Under the pieces are notes generated by a model. It worked only from the letters and a program-made list of their open reading frames with translations. It made no database searches and was not told where the DNA came from. Both the position numbers and the translations under genes were made by a program. This document shows, piece after piece, positions 57,386 through 64,000 of a stretch of 64,000 nt of DNA (its first letter is position 1; each line of letters begins with the position of its first letter). The stretch is taken from positions 2,080,001 to 2,144,000 of the forward strand of contig OZ245056.1 of the NCBI GenBank assembly GCA_965224705.1. The letters run 5' to 3'. This DNA comes from Spirochaetaceae bacterium. GTDB taxonomy: Bacteria > Spirochaetota > Spirochaetia > DSM-2461.

Positions 57386-58357
57386 TCAGTGATTTAGTCT
57401 ATCAGCAAAAATTCTAAGCAGGTGTTCAGCTGTATCATGCCGGTTCCCGCTATACATGCATCCGGATGCTTTGTGATGTCCACCACCGCCCAGGGATCGG
57501 GCAATTTCGCTCACATCCAGGTCAAAAAGTGATCTGAAACTGATGGAGCAATTTCCATCATTTTGTTCCCGAATAAGTACAACAGCCTCCACACCGGCAA
57601 TGCTGGTCAATAACTGGTACAGCATATCCGTATCTTTTTCGCTTCCACACTCCCGCCAGTCTTTCCAGGTTTCCCAGGTCATTACCAGCCGTCCATCAAA
57701 ATAAAGCTCAGCCCGGTCAAGGGTTCTTCCCAGAAGTCGGCGTGAGCTGAGTTTTCTGCCGCCAGCCAGCCATCGAAAAGTCTCCGTTGGGGATGCTCCG
57801 ATTTTCATCAATCGGGCAACAGCATCCATATACTTGTATTGGGTCGATTCCAGATGCCGAAAGAAGCCTGTGTCTGTACAGAAACCCAGGAACAGGCAAT
57901 TGGCTTCTTCCAGAGTTGGAGTGTCTCCAGCAGCTTCAATCAGCTGTTGAATGAGCAAGGTTGTCGAAGGGTAGTCCGTATCCACGAACTGCAGGTCGCC
58001 AAACGTACTCTCTGTTGCATGATGATCTATCACAAGTACAGGTCCGGGCGGCCTGTCTGATTCCTTGAAACCTGTCCGATCATGGGAGGAACAATCCAGA
58101 TAAACAGTAAGAATTGATTTCTCAGGAGATACTGTTGGAATACGCTTTTCAAATAATGGCTGCCAGTCAGCAATTTCCGGCCTGTTCCAGGGGCCAGTGG
58201 AGCATGGATGAACAGTTTTTCCCCGTCGTTTTAACCACGAAGCCAGGGCTCGCTGGGATCCAAGGCAATCCGCATCAGGATCCTCATGTCCAAGAATTAT
58301 AATAACACAATTGTCATTAAGGGCTTTGAGGACGGATGAAATATTTTCTTGAGACAA
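57386..58357 (-). CDS. nrnA: DHH-family nanoRNase/pAp phosphatase
   Basis: HEDPDAD, IDHH, TDTG, GGGGH. Confidence 0.92.
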   Translation of the reverse strand: MSQENISSVLKALNDNCVIIILGHEDPDADCLGSQRALASWLKRRGKTVHPCSTGPWNRPEIADWQPLFEKRIPTVSPEKSILTVYLDCSSHDRTGFKESDRPPGPVLVIDHHATESTFGDLQFVDTDYPSTTLLIQQLIEAAGDTPTLEEANCLFLGFCTDTGFFRHLESTQYKYMDAVARLMKIGASPTETFRWLAGGRKLSSRRLLGRTLDRAELYFDGRLVMTWETWKDWRECGSEKDTDMLYQLLTSIAGVEAVVLIREQNDGNCSISFRSLFDLDVSEIARSLGGGGHHKASGCMYSGNRHDTAEHLLRIFADRLNH

Positions 58358-58359
58358 TC

Positions 58360-58779
58360 TTACTGTGCCTGATATGTCAGTACCAATTCTGAATCGGGAG
58401 ATGGAAATTTATCGCTGTGGTCAACTCCTGATTTTAGCAACTTCCAGCTTGGGTGAGATTTATTCTCTTGAAGATATAACCGAAAATGATCCAGTTGGCC
58501 GTTTTTGTAGAACAATGTCATATAGGGGTATATTACTCCTTTTCCATAGGCAATCTGACCAACACTGTCTGCGGATTTAAACCATTCTGCTGGAAGCCAC
58601 AGGGTATCAATGCTGTAGTCCTGTCTTATATAATCAACTCTATATCCCAGTGCATGTGAATATATACTTTCGATTGCGAAGGTTTTTGGATAGTATTCCG
58701 ATTCATTTTCGAATCTCTGAGCAAAAATACCGGTTGTCACAACCAGAGAAATAAACACCAATAAATATCTTCGGTTCAT
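58360..58779 (-). CDS. Exported hypothetical protein
   Basis: Signal peptide; RBS GGAGG. Confidence 0.7.
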   Translation of the reverse strand: MNRRYLLVFISLVVTTGIFAQRFENESEYYPKTFAIESIYSHALGYRVDYIRQDYSIDTLWLPAEWFKSADSVGQIAYGKGVIYPYMTLFYKNGQLDHFRLYLQENKSHPSWKLLKSGVDHSDKFPSPDSELVLTYQAQ

Positions 58780-58876
58780 GGTGACGCCTCCTACACATAG
58801 TAATATACAAAACGGGACGAATCAGTTCAAGATGGAAATGATAAAAAATCCATGAGCATGACCTGTCTGCATTCAT

Positions 58877-59039
58877 GGAGCCTGTCGGACTTTGAGACTT
58901 CGAGGCGATTTTTGATGATTTTTTCCTGATGCAAGGCGACAAAAACGGAGCGTAGCTGGGCTGCGTGAGTATTTTGGCAACGCAGCAGCAGGAAAAAAGG
59001 GCAAAAATCGAGCCGTGAGACGTAAGTCCGACAGACTCC
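58877..59039. mobile_element. MITE-like element (short copy, inverted relative to 44778)
   Basis: TIRs GGAGCCTGTCGGACTT / AAGTCCGACAGACTCC. Confidence 0.8.
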
Positions 59040-59158
59040 ATGGCATATGTGCGTCACTCTTAAACGAATCGTTTATCTCCTGTTAACCGGCCTGTAATAG
59101 CTCTTTCCGAGGATGAGATGTATCCTGGGTGTGAAGATTGTCCCACAAGGAGTAACTT

Positions 59159-59833
59159 ATGACACTCAAGAAGGCATTGTATTCAGGAATTCTCATTCTT
59201 CTTCCCCTGATTATTCTCTTCAGCAAAGGATTATCAAGTAAGGGTATGGTTTCTGCTGTTGAGGACATACCATCTGTTTCGAATTCTGCATCAGAATCCC
59301 TGCCTGAGAAGTCAGCCGCCGAGATAATGACAATCCTTAACTTTTCTGGAGAGGTCAGACCTCGGGATGAAGTGGATGTCTTCCCTGATACTCAGGGGAA
59401 AATTCGGGAATTGAGAGTGGAAGTTGGGGATGAAGTTCAGCCGGATCAGATTCTGGCTCTGGTGGATCCTTCCAGGGCAGGGATGAATTACAATTACAGC
59501 CCCGTTCGTTCTTCCATCCGTGGAACGGTTACGGCAGTGTATGCTGCTCCGGGTAGTCACATTACTCCGGGACAGCCGCTTTGCCGGGTGGGAACCCTGG
59601 AACATCTTGAGGTGGATATTCATGTGCCGGAAGGATCTATTGGCATTCTTCGGGAAGGTATGAAGGGAGTTGTCAGTTCTCCTGTTATCCCGGGGCTTCA
59701 TGAAACGATGCAGCTTAAAAGAATATCTCCTGTTGTCGATCCAGTCAGCCGAAGTTTGAAGGTTGTTTTCATTCCTCTCAGGCAATCCGGGGAATTGAAG
59801 GCCGGCATGTTTGTGGATCTCACCCTGGAGTAA
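59159..59833 (+). CDS. RND efflux membrane fusion protein
   Basis: GKIREL.VEVGD, ISPVVDPVSR, LKAGMF. Confidence 0.88.
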   Translation: MTLKKALYSGILILLPLIILFSKGLSSKGMVSAVEDIPSVSNSASESLPEKSAAEIMTILNFSGEVRPRDEVDVFPDTQGKIRELRVEVGDEVQPDQILALVDPSRAGMNYNYSPVRSSIRGTVTAVYAAPGSHITPGQPLCRVGTLEHLEVDIHVPEGSIGILREGMKGVVSSPVIPGLHETMQLKRISPVVDPVSRSLKVVFIPLRQSGELKAGMFVDLTLE

Positions 59834-59835
59834 TC

Positions 59836-62800
59836 GTGGTGAATCGATTTGAGTACCTGCTTAAGCATCCTCTGGCGGTGTTTGTCGTCTTTGCCGCGGC
59901 ATCCCTGCTGGGAGTTTTTCTCCTCTTCACTTTGCCGATGAATCTGTATCCTGAATTCAATCCGCCTGTTTTAAGTATTGTGACGGTTTACCCCCAGGCT
60001 TCTTCCCGGGAAGTAAGGGAGCGAATCACAAATCCTCTGGAGGAGAAACTGGGGAGTATCAGTGGTCTTGATAAAATGACCAGCTATTCTGGACATTCAA
60101 TAAGCCGGATCGTTCTGGAATTCCGGTGGAGTGCATCCATGATCAGCATTGAAAATGAACTGCGGTCCCGTTTGGGACAGATGGAAGAGACTCTTCCAGA
60201 ATTTGCTCAGACACCTGTATTGTACAAATATGATATGAATGATGAACCCATCGTGGAATTAGCTGTCAGAAGTATGAATGGAGAGCCGCTTTCGAAAATC
60301 ACTGCCATGGTAAAAGATAGGATTAAGCCTTCCTTTGAACAGCTTGAAGGAGTCGCTGCGGTCGATATTACAGGGATTCGAGACGAACAGGTTGAGATTG
60401 CGGCCGTGCGAAATCGACTGGAGGCCTTTTCATTCAACTTGACGATGATTTCCAGAATACTTGAAGCACAGAACAAAACGCTCGGTTCGGGTTCGTTCAA
60501 TGAGGACGGCCTGGAATACATAATCCAGGCTGAGGGAGAATTTACTTCCCTGGATGACATCCGAAATACGGTCATATCCTACCCAGGAAGAATCCCCATC
60601 AGAATCAAAGATTTTGCCAATGTGAACCGTGTGCTGGAAGATCCGAAGGACACAGTCTTATTCAACGGTCAACCAGCTGTCCGTATTGCAATCTTGAAAC
60701 AACATGATGCACATATCGTTCAAACGACCGACCGAATACTGAATCATATCCGTACGATTGAGCACACTATGCCGCAAGGAGTAGTACTTGAGGTTATCTC
60801 CGAATCAACCGGACTGATCCGTCTGGTTATTAGAACTATTATGACTTCCGGTATTATTGGGGGACTGCTTGCCATGGGGATTATCTTCTTCTTCCTTCAT
60901 CGAATTAAGCCTACGGTCATTATCTTCCTGTCCATTCCTGTTTCACTTCTCATCGCAGTGGGGGGATTGGCTGCATTCGGCAAGACATTGAACCTGCTGA
61001 CTATGGGTGGATTAATTCTCGGGTTGGGAATGATTGTCGATGGTTCAATCGTTGTATTGGAGAATATCATATCCTGCAGGGAAAAAGAACCTTCTCTTCA
61101 GAAGGCGGTTTTGACAGGTGTGAGCGAAATGGCTTCGCCGATTACGGGTTCTACTCTTACATCAATTTGTGTCTTCATTCCCCTCCTGTTTATGTCAGAA
61201 GGTCTGGATATTCTGGGTGTAATGTTCAAAGATATGGCTCTGTCAGTGATACTGGCACTCACGGCTTCTTTGATGGTTTCACTCATTCTTGTTCCTGTGC
61301 TCAGTCTTTACCTCTTGAAAGACAGGAAAATGGAAACCACAGGAATAGATCGATCTGTTGGCTTTTTGCTGAACGGGCTGGAAAAGTTATATGCCAGGTT
61401 GTTAAAAAAAGCCATGGGGAGCAAAGGATTGGTTATCCTTACATCTTTTGTTTTACTGCTTTCATCTTTGATAATCTTTTCCCGCCTGGGATGGCAGTTT
61501 CTTCCTGTTACCGGAGAAGATTCGTTTATTTTAGATGCCGATTTCCCACCCGGTACTTCCATTGATTCAGTCGAAGAAACATTGAAAGATGTTTCCCTTG
61601 TCATGGAAGAAGAGTTCCCCTGGATCGGGGGCGTATTGATAACGGCTGAAACAGGGGAAGGACGATTGACAGGAATACTTCCCCCACTCGATGAAAGACC
61701 CATCAGCCATACCCGGATGAAGGACAGGATGCGGCGTCATTTTTCCTTCTGGCCAGGCGTGGAGTTTGAGTTCCAAACGACCGATATGGCCGCTGATCTG
61801 GGAAATTCAGGAAAACTTATTCTGAAGATTCAGGGTGACTCTGAAGAAGAGATGAGGGATGTTGAGACAGAAATGCTGGAGTTGTTGGGGAATCGTCCCG
61901 AAATTCTTGCGTTAGATTCCGACAGGGAAGAAGCTCGTCCTGAATTTTCAGTTGTTCTGCTCCGGGACAGAGCTTTTCAACTGGGAGTCAGTATTGAACA
62001 GGCTGTCGCTGAAATTAGAGCAGCAATCAATGGAATAAAGGCCACGGAATTTCGGGAAGATGCAGAATCCTATGATGTAATTATCAAATTGAGAAAGGAA
62101 GACCGCATGAGTCGGCAGGATTTGAACAGACTTTTTATAATAAATAACAAGGGCATGAAAATCCCGCTGTCTAACATCGCTCGATTGGAAGACGGCAGAA
62201 TTTCCGGAGGGTTGAAGAGGGAAAACCAGGTGAATACGATTCAAATCACCTGCCATCTCCACCCTGAGGCTGATACGAATCTTCTTGTGAAATGGATAGA
62301 GGAACAAAGGGGATCCATTGTTCCGGAGGGCATCAGCATCAATTTTGCCGGGGAAATGGAGGATGTTCAGCAATACGGAAAAGGCCTGCTTTCTATTTCT
62401 GTTATTGCGGTACTTCTGGTTTTTACAGTCATGGTCTGTCAGTTTGAGTCGCTGAGTAAACCTTTTATCATCATTCTGCTGCTGCCATTTATGCTGATTG
62501 GTATTGTGTTGTGTTTTTTCCTTGTTGGGCTTCCTGTGAACATGATTACCATTATCGGTGTGGTTATGCTGGCCGGGATTGTTGTCAACAACGGTATTGT
62601 TATGGTGGACTATATTCAAACGCTTATGCAAAAAGGACTCAGTTTGAATAATGCCTGCATTGAAGCAAGCCGGAGTCGACTTCGTCCTGTATTGATGACA
62701 ACCGCAACAACCGTTCTTGCCATGGTTCCCATGGGTTTCTTTCCGGGAAGCGGGGGCAGGCTTCTCCAGCCTCTGGGACTGACGATTTCAGGCGGACTTT

Positions 62801-62907
62801 CTGTCAGCATGCTGGCGACCCTCTTTCTGATTCCCATTCTTTTTTCTTTGTTCCATAAAAAAAGCGAATTCGAAAGAGTTCAAAAATTCAATGAAGTGCA
62901 GGTGTGA
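59836..62907 (+). CDS. RND (AcrB-like) efflux transporter
   Basis: GMIVDGSIVVLEN, GIVVNNGIV, RLRPVLMT. Confidence 0.95.
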   Translation: MVNRFEYLLKHPLAVFVVFAAASLLGVFLLFTLPMNLYPEFNPPVLSIVTVYPQASSREVRERITNPLEEKLGSISGLDKMTSYSGHSISRIVLEFRWSASMISIENELRSRLGQMEETLPEFAQTPVLYKYDMNDEPIVELAVRSMNGEPLSKITAMVKDRIKPSFEQLEGVAAVDITGIRDEQVEIAAVRNRLEAFSFNLTMISRILEAQNKTLGSGSFNEDGLEYIIQAEGEFTSLDDIRNTVISYPGRIPIRIKDFANVNRVLEDPKDTVLFNGQPAVRIAILKQHDAHIVQTTDRILNHIRTIEHTMPQGVVLEVISESTGLIRLVIRTIMTSGIIGGLLAMGIIFFFLHRIKPTVIIFLSIPVSLLIAVGGLAAFGKTLNLLTMGGLILGLGMIVDGSIVVLENIISCREKEPSLQKAVLTGVSEMASPITGSTLTSICVFIPLLFMSEGLDILGVMFKDMALSVILALTASLMVSLILVPVLSLYLLKDRKMETTGIDRSVGFLLNGLEKLYARLLKKAMGSKGLVILTSFVLLLSSLIIFSRLGWQFLPVTGEDSFILDADFPPGTSIDSVEETLKDVSLVMEEEFPWIGGVLITAETGEGRLTGILPPLDERPISHTRMKDRMRRHFSFWPGVEFEFQTTDMAADLGNSGKLILKIQGDSEEEMRDVETEMLELLGNRPEILALDSDREEARPEFSVVLLRDRAFQLGVSIEQAVAEIRAAINGIKATEFREDAESYDVIIKLRKEDRMSRQDLNRLFIINNKGMKIPLSNIARLEDGRISGGLKRENQVNTIQITCHLHPEADTNLLVKWIEEQRGSIVPEGISINFAGEMEDVQQYGKGLLSISVIAVLLVFTVMVCQFESLSKPFIIILLLPFMLIGIVLCFFLVGLPVNMITIIGVVMLAGIVVNNGIVMVDYIQTLMQKGLSLNNACIEASRSRLRPVLMTTATTVLAMVPMGFFPGSGGRLLQPLGLTISGGLSVSMLATLFLIPILFSLFHKKSEFERVQKFNEVQV

Positions 62908-62910
62908 ATC

Positions 62911-63603
62911 ATGCAGGGATCAGTACTCATCGTGGAAGATGATAAAGATATTGCAGAACTCATTCAACTCTATCTTGAGAGAGAGGGAATGGCTGTTACT
63001 CTGGCTGGTGACGGAGAGAGCGGTTTGAAGTTGATAGAGGATAATCTGGCTGTGGATCTCGTGGTTCTGGATTTGAACCTCCCCGGTTTGGATGGCTATG
63101 AATTCCTGCGAATTCTACGGCAAAAACTGGATGTACCGGTGGTGATTGTTTCGGCTCGGCATGAAGATAGTGATATGATTATGGGTTTTGGTATTGGAGC
63201 GGATGATTTTGTTTCCAAACCCTTTTCTCCCGGTGTGCTTGCCGCCCGCATCAGAGCTCATATAAGACGACGCAGAGTAGGACCGACACAGAATGACCGC
63301 TTCCATTTTGGACCATGTGAACTGGATCGACGGGCTCTGACCTTATACAAATATGGAGAGAGGATTGCTCTGAGTCCCAGGGAATTGCAGCTGTTAATCT
63401 ATCTTGCCGAGGAGCCGAATACACCCCGGTCTCAATCGGATATTTACAATACAGTGTGGAAGGCAGAATACGGTGACATGAATACCGTGAGTGTTCATAT
63501 CCAGAGACTTCGGCAGAAAATCGAGGATGAACCGGCCAACCCTCAATTCATCAAGACAGTTTATGGGTTCGGCTATACCCTCTGCCAGGGAGAGAACGAA
63601 TGA
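62911..63603 (+). CDS. OmpR-family response regulator
   Basis: VEDD, LDLNLP, KPF, TVYGFGY. Confidence 0.95.
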   Translation: MQGSVLIVEDDKDIAELIQLYLEREGMAVTLAGDGESGLKLIEDNLAVDLVVLDLNLPGLDGYEFLRILRQKLDVPVVIVSARHEDSDMIMGFGIGADDFVSKPFSPGVLAARIRAHIRRRRVGPTQNDRFHFGPCELDRRALTLYKYGERIALSPRELQLLIYLAEEPNTPRSQSDIYNTVWKAEYGDMNTVSVHIQRLRQKIEDEPANPQFIKTVYGFGYTLCQGENE

Positions 63604-64000
63604 AAATACGGAGAGATCTTTCCCTGCCGGATCGCTTACTTATTGTTGTCATAGCCCTGATGGTTATTCCCTTTATAAGTCTTTGTGGTCTTCTATTTAT
63701 GAATTATTACTACTGGGATACAACTCGCTATAGAGGAAAGGAGAATATCCAGGCCCCGAAATGGCTGCAAAAGGAATTAGCTGCTGTTATCGAAAACGAT
63801 CAGGAGTGGTTTGAAAACGTTCCGGGTCAGGAACGGGATATAATGCTTCTCACAGATGCAGAAGGTAACTTCATTTATACGGGGTTCACCTTTTATACAG
63901 ATGTCGATTTTGCAGCCTTCAGCGGATCTTTTCAGGATATGGTTCAGGCGGTGATTGCACTGATGAATGATCAACAGATCGGTATTTCTCTGTACCGCTA
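63600..64000 (+). CDS. Probable sensor histidine kinase (5' part, runs off the window)
   Basis: ATGA overlap with the response regulator; MKIRRDLSLPDRLLIVVIALMVIPF.. TM helix; frame open to the window end. Confidence 0.65.
   Translation, partial: MKIRRDLSLPDRLLIVVIALMVIPFISLCGLLFMNYYYWDTTRYRGKENIQAPKWLQKELAAVIENDQEWFENVPGQERDIMLLTDAEGNFIYTGFTFYTDVDFAAFSGSFQDMVQAVIALMNDQQIGISLYR

Overview
The window is a piece of bacterial chromosome, probably a spirochaete (inferred from the AGGxxE-type signal peptides and the character of the housekeeping genes). It carries an apparently complete ~40.6 kb siphovirus-type prophage (3883-44498) integrated into the 3' end of tRNA-Leu(CAG), flanked by a 57-bp att duplication. 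Left of the prophage: REP-like palindromes, a GC-rich secreted WD40-caspase gene and an ISL3 remnant. Right of it: TPP riboswitch-thiBPQ, yggS, rluD, a broken ymdB, rdgB, TolC, nrnA, an RND pump, a two-component system and several MITE-like elements. Two prophage features stand out. (1) The immunity region is a tandem array of 2617-bp cassettes. Two full copies are identical except for a ~275-bp block that holds the promoter/operators plus the HTH domain of the CI repressor; a third copy is decayed. The middle junction is a hybrid of the outer two, as expected if two heteroimmune immunity cassettes were stacked by recombination. (2) A free-standing early gene consists only of 16 beta-propeller blades. 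It shares near-identical DNA (452 bp, 9 mismatches) with the 2x8-blade receptor-binding end of the tail-tip gene 26.5 kb away and sits next to a Sak4/SSB/exonuclease recombination module, so it is a candidate donor reservoir for RT-free tail diversification. Also found: a covarying structured RNA leader, a three-site late-promoter palindrome, a MuF toxin with a convergent promoter instead of an immunity ORF, an overlapping spanin-like gene pair and a -1 frameshift tail chaperone. All family calls come from motif recognition, not database searches, and the repeat-rich regions need long-read confirmation.
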